Of a DNA stretch of 64,000 nucleotides, positions 51,331-61,054 are shown piece after piece (the first letter of the stretch is position 1; the number at the start of each line of letters is the position of its first letter). The translations under genes and the position numbers were made by a program. The notes under the pieces were generated by a model, which did no database searches, was not told where the DNA came from, and worked only from the letters and a program-made list of their open reading frames with translations. Location: contig CAXXDV010000001.1 of assembly GCA_963674745.2 (NCBI GenBank), forward strand, positions 1,312,001 through 1,376,000, written 5' to 3'. The stretch comes from Desulfosudaceae bacterium. Lineage in GTDB: Bacteria; Desulfobacterota; Desulfobacteria; Desulfobacterales; Desulfosudaceae.

Positions 51331-52374
51331 GTGAATACAATATTTACCAAAGCGGCAAAAATTAAAAATCTGGCCGGCGCCTATCTCAGCAGCCACCTGC
51401 ACGCCACCCCGGCTTTTGTGCGAATGATCCCGACCGACAAATGTAACCTGAACTGCAAATATTGCTGGCAGAAATCGGATCAATCACATGAAATGTCATT
51501 TGAAGAATTCCGTAAATATCTGGAACGGGCGGCGGGTTTAAAAGTCGGGTTGATAACCTTTCTCGGCGGTGAACCCATGTTGTGGAACCCGCTTTATGAC
51601 GCCATCGCGCATTGTTCGAAAAAACATATTTTAACAGACCTGACAACCAACGGCACATTGCTTAACAATAAAAGCATTGAAGCCCTGGGCAAGGCCGGCC
51701 TGGATTATTTAAATATTTCCGTTGACGGGTTTGAACCGGATGCGGTTTCTTCAAAAAATTCTGTTATCCGGAAAAACCTGGTCGACAGCCTTAAAAAGGC
51801 CAAAAAAAAATACCGCATGCACTTCAGGATTAACTCCGTCATTTACAATAATAACTTTGAAACCGTAAAAGCCCTGATCGCGTTTTCCAGAGAACACAAT
51901 GTGCAGATTTCCCTGGGATTCGTCGTTCCCCCGGTTGACGGTTATGATCGTTCGCAAGGCAGTATTTATTTTGAACAACAAGACCGGGAATTGCTGCAGC
52001 AAATCGTGGACTATATTCTCACTAAGAAAAAACAGGGTTACCCCATAATAGATCCGGATGCCTATTTCGAAAATATCTTTCGCTTTCTGGACCGGGAAAA
52101 ATTCTGGGAATGCAATTACCCCACGCGATATGGCTGGGTGAATGTCACCCCGAACGGAAAGATCCGGACCTGTACAAAAAAAATGGATGAGCTGGACATT
52201 GATTTTGAAGACCTGGACATCTATAAATTAAAAGATTTGCGGTCCGTGTTAAAAGAAAAGGTACAGGAGTGCAATATTGACTGCTATTCCAACTGTGCAT
52301 ACGACTCCTACTTTTACACCCACCACAAACTGCAGATGTTAAAAAAAATAACAAGCCGCTTTTCGCGGCAATAA
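51331..52374 (+). CDS. Radical SAM protein with C-terminal Cys-rich (twitch/SPASM-like) region
   Basis: CNLNCKYC, GGEP, TTNG, ISVDG, CNIDCYSNC. Confidence 0.88.
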   Translation: MNTIFTKAAKIKNLAGAYLSSHLHATPAFVRMIPTDKCNLNCKYCWQKSDQSHEMSFEEFRKYLERAAGLKVGLITFLGGEPMLWNPLYDAIAHCSKKHILTDLTTNGTLLNNKSIEALGKAGLDYLNISVDGFEPDAVSSKNSVIRKNLVDSLKKAKKKYRMHFRINSVIYNNNFETVKALIAFSREHNVQISLGFVVPPVDGYDRSQGSIYFEQQDRELLQQIVDYILTKKKQGYPIIDPDAYFENIFRFLDREKFWECNYPTRYGWVNVTPNGKIRTCTKKMDELDIDFEDLDIYKLKDLRSVLKEKVQECNIDCYSNCAYDSYFYTHHKLQMLKKITSRFSRQ

Positions 52375-52603
52375 TGTTTTAGCACGGATTCGGAACATGA
52401 AAATAAGACCGGCAACAGACAATGATATTCAACAAAAGTGTTTGTTCACTTGTCGTTTGATGTGACGTTTATGGAATACACGTTGACTTGAGCCAACGCC
52501 AATCTGCTGATGAAGATGTGGCTGAGGCCGTGCATTACAGGATGAACACAGGCGGATTTGCATACCGCTCAAACAAGAATTAATCTTGGGAAAGGAACAT
52601 GCG

Positions 52604-53878
52604 GTGAATCAGGAAAAACCACGCCCCCTGGTTGAGCCCGAATCAATAGCAGCCCTGGAAGATCAAGTGGCAAGACGGCTGCCCCTGCCGCCGGTGGCGC
52701 TTTCATCCATAAAGCTGCTGATCATCACCCCCCTGCTGTATCTTTCTTTTAAGCAGGCCGGGGTGCTGCCCAATTCACCGGCCTGGATTTTTTTTCTGTT
52801 TTTATGCTTCTGCGCCCTGGATTACATGGTCGGTATAGACCCCCGGGCACAGAAACAGGCATCGGACTTCGGCCGTGTCTATGATCGCGTTACGGATTAC
52901 CCCTTCCTGTTTATCGTGGCCCTGGCCTGCATGGATAAAGCGTCACCCGTGCTGATCATCGCCAAGTTGTTGCTGGACTCTATCCTGGTGGTTCAATTTT
53001 TTGTAAACCCGGATACAACCAGAAACTGGATCCGGTCGACCATTTCCTATACCGTCCTGGTGTCCCTGCTTTTTTTAAGCCAGGGCTGGGCCGGTCAATA
53101 TTTCAACCCCCAGTTCGTCAATGCCCTGCTGCTGGTGAATATTGCCTTCAATGGGGCCGTCGGCCTGTATAATGTCCGGATGTTTCAACTGCGGTTCGTG
53201 GCCGATGTGTTGTCCGGCGCCAACCTCCTGTGCGGTCTGGTCAGTATGTATTTCGCCTATTACCACCGGATCGAAATCAGCCTGCTTTTTCTGCTGCTGG
53301 GTGGGCTGCTGGACGGTTTTGACGGGGCCGCGGCCCGTAAGTTCGGGGGCACCCGCTGGGGTGTTTACTCTGATGATATTGCCGACGGGGTTAATTACGG
53401 TATCGCGCCCAGCGCGGCCCTGTTTTTTATTGTCGGCGGCTGGGAAGGGTTTTTCGCCGGTTTGATTTACGGCTTTTTTACCATATCCCGGCTGGTGTAT
53501 TTTACATTGAACAAGAGTGAATCGGACCCGAACTTTTTTTCCGGTGTGCCCAGCCCTGTCGGCGGTCTGATTGTCCTTTGCTCGATCAATCTGTTCTCAG
53601 AATCGCCGGTGCTGCTCGGTTTGTTTGTGGGCATCGCCTGTGTCCAGATGGTGTCTTTTGATGCCCATTACCGGCATCTGGGCCGGGCCCTGTCCAGTGG
53701 GCAGAAAAAATATTTCCTGGGTCTGCCCCTGTACGCCTTGTTTCTCATACTGGGCGCCTTTGTCTGGGGTATTTATTTTTCAATCGCCTTGCTGCTTCTG
53801 ATTGCCCTGGCCTATGGGTTCGGGCCTTCGTTTACGCGTATGAAAAATGCGATTAAACAGACCAGAGCTGAACGTTGA
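52604..53878 (+). CDS. CDP-alcohol phosphatidyltransferase (PssA-like) with an extra N-terminal CDP-AP-like domain
   Basis: DGFDGAAARKFG...GVYSDDIAD, FFSGVPSP; N-terminal DYMVG...GRVYDRVTD; start uncertain (TTG 52586 or GTG 52604). Confidence 0.8.
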   Translation: MNQEKPRPLVEPESIAALEDQVARRLPLPPVALSSIKLLIITPLLYLSFKQAGVLPNSPAWIFFLFLCFCALDYMVGIDPRAQKQASDFGRVYDRVTDYPFLFIVALACMDKASPVLIIAKLLLDSILVVQFFVNPDTTRNWIRSTISYTVLVSLLFLSQGWAGQYFNPQFVNALLLVNIAFNGAVGLYNVRMFQLRFVADVLSGANLLCGLVSMYFAYYHRIEISLLFLLLGGLLDGFDGAAARKFGGTRWGVYSDDIADGVNYGIAPSAALFFIVGGWEGFFAGLIYGFFTISRLVYFTLNKSESDPNFFSGVPSPVGGLIVLCSINLFSESPVLLGLFVGIACVQMVSFDAHYRHLGRALSSGQKKYFLGLPLYALFLILGAFVWGIYFSIALLLLIALAYGFGPSFTRMKNAIKQTRAER

Positions 53879-53970
53879 GCAACGAAAAAATGCCGGAACA
53901 GCAGAATCCGTTGCGCGTGATCGTGTTGTATTCGGCCGTGATTTCAAAAACATGAAGGACGCAGCATAAA

Positions 53971-55320
53971 ATGACACCCCGAATCGTTGTTGTCGACGAC
54001 GAACCGATTACGCTCAAGCAGCTTCGCCGGATTCTTGAAAAAGCCGGGTACCGGGTTTCGACCTTTTCAAACCCCCATCGGGCCCTGGAGCACCTGGAAA
54101 CGTCGGGCTGCGATCTGGTGATCAGTGATGTGCAAATGCCGACCATGAACGGGATGGAGTTGATGACCCGTATCAAGGGGCAGTATCCGGCCATGGAAGT
54201 GATTCTGATAACCGGTTACGCCTCGCTTGACGGCGCTGTGGAAGCCACCCGGGAAGGGGCGTTTTATTACCTGGAAAAGCCCTTTACCCCGGACCGGGTC
54301 AGGGAACAGGTAAATCAGGCCCTGGCGATCTGCCGGACGCGCCAGGCCGCAGAGCAACCCGGCGTTTCTGAAAAAGGGACTTTAAAAATTCCGGTCATCA
54401 TCGGCGAAAGCCCTAAAATCCGGGAGGTCGTGTCGATTATTCAGCAGATCGGCCCCACCGACTGTAACGTGATGATAACCGGCGATTCCGGCAGCGGTAA
54501 AGAGCTTGTGGCCAGGGCCATTCACGCCGCCAGCCGGCGTGCCGACGGTCCGTTTCTGGCCTTTAATTGCGGTGCTTTGAATGAAAGCCTGCTGGAAAAC
54601 GAGCTTTTCGGTCATGAAAAAGGGGCTTTTACCGGGGCCCAAACCCGCAGCAGCGGTCTGCTCGAGGCGGCCTCCGGGGGCACCCTGTTTCTGGATGAAA
54701 TCGGAGAAATGCCGCATGCCATGCAGGTTAAACTGCTGCGGGTACTCCAGGAGGGTGAGCTCATCAGGGTCGGCGGCAACCAACCCGTCAAAGTCGATGT
54801 CCGTATCGTTTCCGCCACCGCCGTTGATGTGAAAGCCGCTGTTGACGGCGGCGCCTTTCGCAAGGACCTTTATTTTCGTATCAATATCGTCAATATCAAG
54901 CTGCCCGGTCTGGCCGAACGCAAAGAGGACATCCCGCTTCTGGCCTATCATATTCTTTCCCGCATCAACCGACGGGGTGAAAATAATGTCCGCGCCATTT
55001 CTGAAAAAGCCATGTCGATTCTAAGCGGATACGCCTTTCCCGGCAATGTGCGGGAACTGGAAAATATTCTCGAGCGGGCCGTGGCGGTCTGTCAGGGGCA
55101 GACGGTCAGGGAGTGTGATCTCCCGCCGGACCTGGTGTCCTTGAAGCTTCAGACATACAATCCCCCGGAAGAGCACTTTATGACCCTGGCCGAGCTGGAG
55201 CAGGATTATATCTCCCACCTGCTGAGAATAAACGGTGGCGCGCGCACCAAAACAGCGGACATTCTCGGTATTGACCGGGCGTCCCTGTGGCGGAAAATGA
55301 AAAAATACGGGCTTAGTTAG
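53971..55320 (+). CDS. sigma54-dependent response regulator (NtrC/ZraR family)
   Basis: Receiver VDDE/SDVQMP, GDSGSGKE, GAFTGA, LDEIGE, FPGNVREL, Fis-type HTH. Confidence 0.96.
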   Translation: MTPRIVVVDDEPITLKQLRRILEKAGYRVSTFSNPHRALEHLETSGCDLVISDVQMPTMNGMELMTRIKGQYPAMEVILITGYASLDGAVEATREGAFYYLEKPFTPDRVREQVNQALAICRTRQAAEQPGVSEKGTLKIPVIIGESPKIREVVSIIQQIGPTDCNVMITGDSGSGKELVARAIHAASRRADGPFLAFNCGALNESLLENELFGHEKGAFTGAQTRSSGLLEAASGGTLFLDEIGEMPHAMQVKLLRVLQEGELIRVGGNQPVKVDVRIVSATAVDVKAAVDGGAFRKDLYFRINIVNIKLPGLAERKEDIPLLAYHILSRINRRGENNVRAISEKAMSILSGYAFPGNVRELENILERAVAVCQGQTVRECDLPPDLVSLKLQTYNPPEEHFMTLAELEQDYISHLLRINGGARTKTADILGIDRASLWRKMKKYGLS

Positions 55321-55419
55321 TTTTTGCAACACGGCCGTGCGTTTGTGCAACAAACCATTCCTTTCCGGCTTGTGGCCGGATTCGTTCGATATCTCGCTTT
55401 GTCGTTGCGTTTTGCAACG
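55316..55419. promoter_or_regulatory. Putative enhancer (UAS) sites GTTGC-N5-GCAAC
   Basis: Palindrome CGTTGC-GTTTT-GCAACG at 55403-55419; degenerate copies at 55316-55330 and 55336-55351. Confidence 0.65.
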
Positions 55420-55496
55420 CGACGTTCCGCGTCCCGCCGGGCCGTAGAAAGCCACCACCCCGAATAAAAACAGCTAGTTAAAAAACAAAAGCAGTT

Positions 55497-55512
55497 TGGC
55501 AAGCATTTTGCT
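55497..55512 (+). promoter_or_regulatory. sigma54 (-24/-12) promoter
   Basis: TGGCAAGCATTTTGCT: GG(55498-99)-N10-GC(55510-11), just upstream of the RBS and ATG 55541. Confidence 0.85.
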
Positions 55513-55540
55513 GTGGCTCTGGATATACAGGAGGCAGAGA

Positions 55541-55990
55541 ATGTTGAATAACATATTAGTGCTTTTTGAAGACGAAACCATTTTTCCTGAAGCCCTGATT
55601 TATGCCAGAGAGTTTGCCCTGCGGCTTGACGCCAAAGTGACCCTGCTGATGATCGTTCCCATGTTGTTTGCCGGTCGTACGGTTCTCGGCCCCCAGAGAA
55701 ACCAGATTCGCAAAATCGAGGTTCGCGCCGGAAAACTGCTGTCCGAGTGTCTTCAGTCTTTTATCAAGCAGGGCCTCGAGGTTAATTCGGCACTCAGAAT
55801 CGGGGACCCGGGCCAGGAGCTGATCAAGTTTCTGGCGGACCGTCCACCGTTTCAGTCGGTTATCTGGGGCAGCGGGCGGGACTTGCCGGACAAGGGGCGG
55901 AACTCCCAGCGACACTGGTTGTCAAAAGTGACCGCCAGCCTGGAGTGTCCGCTGTTGACGGTCAGCAAGCGTCAGGACAACAGCTGCTGA
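55541..55990 (+). CDS. Universal stress protein-like
   Basis: NILV, ALIYAREFA, RIGDPGQELI, LECPLLTV; GGAGG RBS. Confidence 0.8.
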   Translation: MLNNILVLFEDETIFPEALIYAREFALRLDAKVTLLMIVPMLFAGRTVLGPQRNQIRKIEVRAGKLLSECLQSFIKQGLEVNSALRIGDPGQELIKFLADRPPFQSVIWGSGRDLPDKGRNSQRHWLSKVTASLECPLLTVSKRQDNSC

Positions 55991-56022
55991 CAGCATATTA
56001 ACCACTCTTAAGCGGAGCGACA

Positions 56023-57843
56023 ATGGAAGCTTTGACCCTTGACATGATTCTGGTAATGGCCATGATAGCCCTGGCGATATTTCTGTTTATCGTTGAATGG
56101 GTGCGGGTGGACGTGGTGGCGATCATAATGACGGTGGCCCTGCCGCTGCTGCACCTGGTGACCCCCAAGGAAGCCTTTATCGGGTTCAGCAGTAATGCCG
56201 TCATATCGATTATTGCGGTTATTATTATCGGTGCGGGACTGGACCGCACCGGTATGATCAACAAACTGGTTGCCCCGGTGCTGCGGGTGGCCGGCAACAG
56301 CACATCCCGCATCATTGTGGCCATTTCCATGACGGTGGCCATTATTTCCAGCTTCATGCAGAATATCGGCGCAGCCGCCCTGTTTCTGCCGGCCATTCAG
56401 CGCATCAGCAAGATGCAGAAAATCCCCTTGAGCCGGCTGCTGATGCCGATCGGTTTTTCCGCCATTCTGGGCGGCACCGTTACTTTAGTCGGTTCCAGTC
56501 CCTTGATTTTGTTAAACGATCTGCTGGTACCGTTTAATCTCGAACCGTTCGGGCTGTTTGATGTAACGCCCGTAGGCCTGGCGCTGGTGGTCAGCGGCAT
56601 TGCCTGCTTTGTGCTTCTGGGCCGATTTATCCTGCCCCAGGGGGAGCAACCTGTCGGCGGAGGCGTTGATGGCCAGGCCCCCTCCCAGGCACCGCCGGAA
56701 ACCGCTCCGGATTCAGCCGAATTCTATGAGTTGCGGACCCCGGATGATTTTACGGATTATCGGGACCCGGTATGTGTGGAAGATATACGGCGGCGATACC
56801 TGCTGAATGTGGTCGCCATAACCGAGCCGCCGGACTATAAGGTGCTTTCCCCTGCACCGGAAATGGAGGTGCGGTCCGGCATTGATCTGGTGGTTTGCGG
56901 TCAGGAGAAAAACGTCCATCGCATGGCCGAAGCCGAAGGCATGCAGCTTAAGGATACCCTGGAAACCTATAAAGACAATTTAAGTTCCCAGCTGGCCGGA
57001 ACCGTTGAAGTGGTGGTCGCGCCCCGGTCCGGTTACGCCGGAAAGGCCTTGAAGGACATCAATTTTCAGGACCGGTTTCATGTAACGCCACTGAGTGTTT
57101 ACCGGCAGGAAGAAACTTATCGGGCCAAAATTGACGATATCATCCTCCAGGTGGGTGATGTCGTAACCTTGTATGGAACCTGGAAAAGACTTAAAGACTT
57201 GCAGAAAGAAGGCGGCCTGCTGTTCTCCCTGCCGTCTGATATGGAAGATATGCGGCCGGAAAAGGCCCTGTGGGCCGGTCTGTGGCTGGCTGTCGCGCTG
57301 GTGATGATTATGGTTTTCAAAATTCAGCTGTCCGTGTCGCTGATGACCGGCGCCCTGGGAATGATCCTCAGTCGCGTGCTTTCCATTGACGAGGCCTATC
57401 AGTCGGTGGACTGGCGCACAATTTTTCTGCTGGCCGGATTGATTCCACTGGGCATTGCCACGGAAAAAACAGGCACCGCCGCCTGGATCGCCCATTCGAT
57501 CCTGGACATCATCGGAGAGGTATCACCCATTGTGCTGCTGGCGGTCATCGGTGTTCTTTCCACGGTTTTCACGCTGGTCATTTCCAATGTCGGCGCTACG
57601 GTTCTGCTGGTACCCCTGGTGGTGAATATGGCCATCGCGGCCCATGCGGACCCCCGGATGGCGGCGCTGGTCGTCGGCCTGGCCACCAGCAATTCCTTTG
57701 TGCTGCCGACACACCAGGTTAACGCCCTTTACATGGGTCCCGGCCATTATCGTACGGTTGACTTTATCAAAGCCGGAAGCCTGGTCAGTGTGGTCTTTCT
57801 GGTAGTAATGATTGTCATGATTCGTCTGTTTTACGGCGTATAA
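56023..57843 (+). CDS. SLC13/DASS-like anion permease with internal TrkA-C (RCK-C) domains
   Basis: SSFMQNIGA, LGGTVTLVGSSP, ISNVGA, LPTHQVNA; central soluble region. Confidence 0.9.
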   Translation: MEALTLDMILVMAMIALAIFLFIVEWVRVDVVAIIMTVALPLLHLVTPKEAFIGFSSNAVISIIAVIIIGAGLDRTGMINKLVAPVLRVAGNSTSRIIVAISMTVAIISSFMQNIGAAALFLPAIQRISKMQKIPLSRLLMPIGFSAILGGTVTLVGSSPLILLNDLLVPFNLEPFGLFDVTPVGLALVVSGIACFVLLGRFILPQGEQPVGGGVDGQAPSQAPPETAPDSAEFYELRTPDDFTDYRDPVCVEDIRRRYLLNVVAITEPPDYKVLSPAPEMEVRSGIDLVVCGQEKNVHRMAEAEGMQLKDTLETYKDNLSSQLAGTVEVVVAPRSGYAGKALKDINFQDRFHVTPLSVYRQEETYRAKIDDIILQVGDVVTLYGTWKRLKDLQKEGGLLFSLPSDMEDMRPEKALWAGLWLAVALVMIMVFKIQLSVSLMTGALGMILSRVLSIDEAYQSVDWRTIFLLAGLIPLGIATEKTGTAAWIAHSILDIIGEVSPIVLLAVIGVLSTVFTLVISNVGATVLLVPLVVNMAIAAHADPRMAALVVGLATSNSFVLPTHQVNALYMGPGHYRTVDFIKAGSLVSVVFLVVMIVMIRLFYGV

Positions 57844-57865
57844 ATAAATAAAAGGAGTCGCGCAA

Positions 57866-58678
57866 ATGCCGATAGTTACCATTTCACGAGGTTCCTCGAC
57901 CATGGGAAAGGTCGTTGCAGAGCAAGTTGCCAAAAAGATGAATTACCGGCTGATCAGCCGGGAGGTGCTGTTGGATGCCAGCAGCCGGTTTAATGTGCCT
58001 GAAATCAAGCTGGAAAAAGCCATCCACGATGCCCCGGGCATTCTGGAACGTTACCGTCACAACAAACAATCCTATGTGGCCTATATCCGCTCGGCCCTGG
58101 TAGAGCGCGTTGTGGATGATAATGTCGTATATCACGGCCTGGCCGGCCATTTATTGTTAAAAGGAATTCCCCACGTACTCAAGGTCCGGATTACGGCGGA
58201 TATGGAAAAACGGGTTGAACTCGTGATGCAGCGGGACGGCATACCGGCCGATGAAGCCCGCGTAAGGATTCAGGAGGACGATAAGCAGCGGCGAAAATGG
58301 ACCCACTCCCTTTATGATCAGGATCCCTGGGACGTGTCTTTATATGACCTGACCATCTGTATTGACAAGTTGTCCGTGGACAATGCCGTTGATTTTATCT
58401 GCCGGGCAGCGGCCGCCAAAGGGTTTCAGGGCACGGAGAAAACCCATCAGCAGGTGGCGGACATGGCCGTGGCCTGCCGGGTCAAGGCGGCTCTGGTCGA
58501 TGATTTCCCGAATGTCGGCGTGACCTGTGAGTACGGGAACGTGCTGGTCTATGTTAAGAGCAGAGAACAGACGAATACCAGATTAACGAAGCAGCTCAGC
58601 CGGATCAGGGACAGCATCGAAGGTATTCATCATCTTGAAACACACGCGGGAGCGACAATCCCTTCGGAAGCGGTTTAA
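57866..58678 (+). CDS. Cytidylate-kinase-like family protein with C-terminal BON-like domain
   Basis: VTISRGSSTMGK, VVYHGLAGH, KVRITADMEKRV, DD.QR..W, YDLTI. Confidence 0.82.
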   Translation: MPIVTISRGSSTMGKVVAEQVAKKMNYRLISREVLLDASSRFNVPEIKLEKAIHDAPGILERYRHNKQSYVAYIRSALVERVVDDNVVYHGLAGHLLLKGIPHVLKVRITADMEKRVELVMQRDGIPADEARVRIQEDDKQRRKWTHSLYDQDPWDVSLYDLTICIDKLSVDNAVDFICRAAAAKGFQGTEKTHQQVADMAVACRVKAALVDDFPNVGVTCEYGNVLVYVKSREQTNTRLTKQLSRIRDSIEGIHHLETHAGATIPSEAV

Positions 58679-58695
58679 TCATACAGGAGATTCAT

Positions 58696-59508
58696 ATGTC
58701 CATCATTATTATTTCATCTGATGATCGGGAAACAGAAGATTTTATTGCTGAAAAAGTGGCTCTGGAAAAAGGATATGATCGGCTGGACCGCCGCTTTTTA
58801 AGTGATGTTGCCGCCGGACATGAAATTAAACCGGACAGGTTGGCCGAAGCCCTGGATTCCACTCCGACGGTGTTTAAAAAATTACCGGCCCGGCACTGGC
58901 ATCAATATCTGGCCTTTATTGAAGCCGAGGTGCTGGACCGGATGCTGGCGGACAACCTGGTCTGTTGCGGTCTGGCGGCTCATCTCTATGTGACCGGTAT
59001 TTCACATGCCATGAGGGTTCGGGTGCTGGCGGGTAAAGAAAAAAAGATCGCCGATATTGCCGACCAGAACGCGATAAATATTGAAAAGGCCCAGAAGTGG
59101 GCGACCAAAGCACTTGAGAACCGGAAAAAATGGTCACTGGCCGCTTTTGGTTCCGATGAAACGGATTTATCCCGCTACGACATGGTCATCAGCCTGGATC
59201 AGATCGACCCGGTGGAAGCGGTTCGGACCATAACCGGTGCCTCTGAATACCGTAAATTTCAGGTCATGACCTACTCGAAAAAATGCCTGACGGACCTGGC
59301 CCTGGCCGCCAGGGTCAACGTGGCGTTGTTGAAAGCCATGACCGATGTCAAGGTTCAGGCCAAAGATGGCGCGGTGATTGTGTATGTCCGGACCCTGCGC
59401 CGCCAGAAAAGAAAAACGGTTGAAACGATTAAGGCGCTTGCCAGTCGTGTGGATGGGGTCAGTTACGTGGAAGTTCATGTTAACAACCGTTTAAAGAAAA
59501 ACAGCTGA
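58696..59508 (+). CDS. Cytidylate-kinase-like paralogue with degenerate P-loop and BON-like domain
   Basis: Same length and layout as 57866; ISSDDRETED replaces the P-loop; GLAAH, YDMVI, VDGVSYVEV. Confidence 0.78.
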   Translation: MSIIIISSDDRETEDFIAEKVALEKGYDRLDRRFLSDVAAGHEIKPDRLAEALDSTPTVFKKLPARHWHQYLAFIEAEVLDRMLADNLVCCGLAAHLYVTGISHAMRVRVLAGKEKKIADIADQNAINIEKAQKWATKALENRKKWSLAAFGSDETDLSRYDMVISLDQIDPVEAVRTITGASEYRKFQVMTYSKKCLTDLALAARVNVALLKAMTDVKVQAKDGAVIVYVRTLRRQKRKTVETIKALASRVDGVSYVEVHVNNRLKKNS

Positions 59509-59593
59509 TCGTACCCGGCTGTTTTTGTTTATAAACAGACAATCCGGCTGCGGCGCCTAAGGCCGTTGATCGGAGCGGTAAGGAGCGATTTAA

Positions 59594-60013
59594 ATGTCAA
59601 AAACATTAACCGTACTACTTCTGGATGATGAGCCCATTGTCGGCAAGCGTTTAAAACCGGCGCTGGATAAAATCGGCTGCCAGGTGGAGGTGTTTGAGGA
59701 CCCTAAAAAAGCGGTGGCTCGAATTGACGAAAAGGAATTTGATATTGTTGTAACGGATATCCGCATGGAAGAAATAGACGGTATTCAGGTGCTTGAGCAT
59801 GTGCAGCAGAAATGGCCCCGGACCAAGGTCATCATGATTACCGGGTACGCGAAAATGGATCTGGCCCGGGAGGCCATGGGAAAAGGTGTGTTTGATTTCA
59901 TCGCCAAGCCTTTCCGGCCCGATGATCTCAGGCAGATCATTGCCAGGGCGGCTGAAGCACTGGGCATTTCCATTGATACCGAACCCTTGACCGACAAGTC
60001 GGGGAATGAATAA
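59594..60013 (+). CDS. Stand-alone receiver-domain response regulator
   Basis: LDDE, VTDIRM, ITGY, AKPF. Confidence 0.93.
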   Translation: MSKTLTVLLLDDEPIVGKRLKPALDKIGCQVEVFEDPKKAVARIDEKEFDIVVTDIRMEEIDGIQVLEHVQQKWPRTKVIMITGYAKMDLAREAMGKGVFDFIAKPFRPDDLRQIIARAAEALGISIDTEPLTDKSGNE

Positions 60014-60072
60014 TCCCGCCGTTTCTGAAAGCCGTTTTTGGATACCGGCGGCCCACCCGAGGAGATTGTGTT

Positions 60073-61020
60073 ATGAGCATAGCGGAAAAGTTGAGAAAAA
60101 TAGGCCATAAAGAAGCAGGCGTCAGACATTTCTGCTTAGAGACGATTCGGTTCAAAAAATTGCTTGAAAATGCCCGGGGCGTGCTTGATCTGTTCGCGGA
60201 CGGTCGCGAAAAAATGCAAGGAGAGTATATTTTTGACCGGCATTACGTGGTTTCCCTGATTGACGGCGTTTTGGACCGTCTGGGGATGATGGTTTATGAT
60301 GCCGGGGTGCTCGTTCCTGATAACGGCGAGCCTCTGTATACCGTTTTTGATACCCACAAGCAGACGGCTCGAAATCTCATCGACACCAACGCTGCCGGCT
60401 TTTCTAAAGCAGCCGACTTTGATGATCCGGAATACCGGTTACTGGCCGCGGCTGAGGAATGGTTCAACGGTAAGGATAAAAAGAACGATGAAACCGTAAT
60501 GGGTTTTATCAAGCAGACTTTTTATTCCGTCGTTTCCGGGCTTGAACCTGAAGCTTTTTTAGGGCGTCTGGCTGAAAAAAAAGAACTGCTGATGACGGAA
60601 ACCGGCTTATATGTCATTGATTTGTGGAAAGACGCCCGGGGCTTGCCGGAAAGCAAACGGACGCCGGCCGATTTTAACAGTATTCCATTGCGACACCTGC
60701 TTATGGACACCCCTTCTTTTCCGGCTGAACCGGCCTGGATTGCCGCTGTCAGTGAGTACCAGATGAGTCTTCAGTCCTTGAAAAAAGATTGTCGATTTCG
60801 GCTGGAAACCCTGGCCAGTGGATATGAGCCGTCGGACTTCATCTTTGTTTTTACGGATAAGGCGGCTATTTTCGACAGCATGCTCCCCCCGGTTTTTCAC
60901 ATAGAAACCACGGCCTTCGGTCAGTTCGCGTGGAGCCTGGGCCTGTCGGCGAATACCATAGAGGACACCTTGATGGTTATCGGCAAAAAGCTTTTTGACG
61001 AAAGCCTCTGGCGTCTTTAA
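60073..61020 (+). CDS. Paralogue of the PEP-synthase-like protein retaining only N- and C-terminal domains
   Basis: By-eye alignment with the 61470 termini (see findings); no ATP-grasp or phospho-His motif. Confidence 0.65.
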   Translation: MSIAEKLRKIGHKEAGVRHFCLETIRFKKLLENARGVLDLFADGREKMQGEYIFDRHYVVSLIDGVLDRLGMMVYDAGVLVPDNGEPLYTVFDTHKQTARNLIDTNAAGFSKAADFDDPEYRLLAAAEEWFNGKDKKNDETVMGFIKQTFYSVVSGLEPEAFLGRLAEKKELLMTETGLYVIDLWKDARGLPESKRTPADFNSIPLRHLLMDTPSFPAEPAWIAAVSEYQMSLQSLKKDCRFRLETLASGYEPSDFIFVFTDKAAIFDSMLPPVFHIETTAFGQFAWSLGLSANTIEDTLMVIGKKLFDESLWRL

Positions 61021-61054
61021 ACAGTGTTTTTAATTGTTTGAAAGGGAGTAACTC

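Noticed and set aside
51331..52374. Radical SAM as the activase for the glycyl radical enzyme
   Set aside because: About 8 kb away and lacks the GRE-activase N-terminal DGPG/GCxLRCxWCxNPE signature
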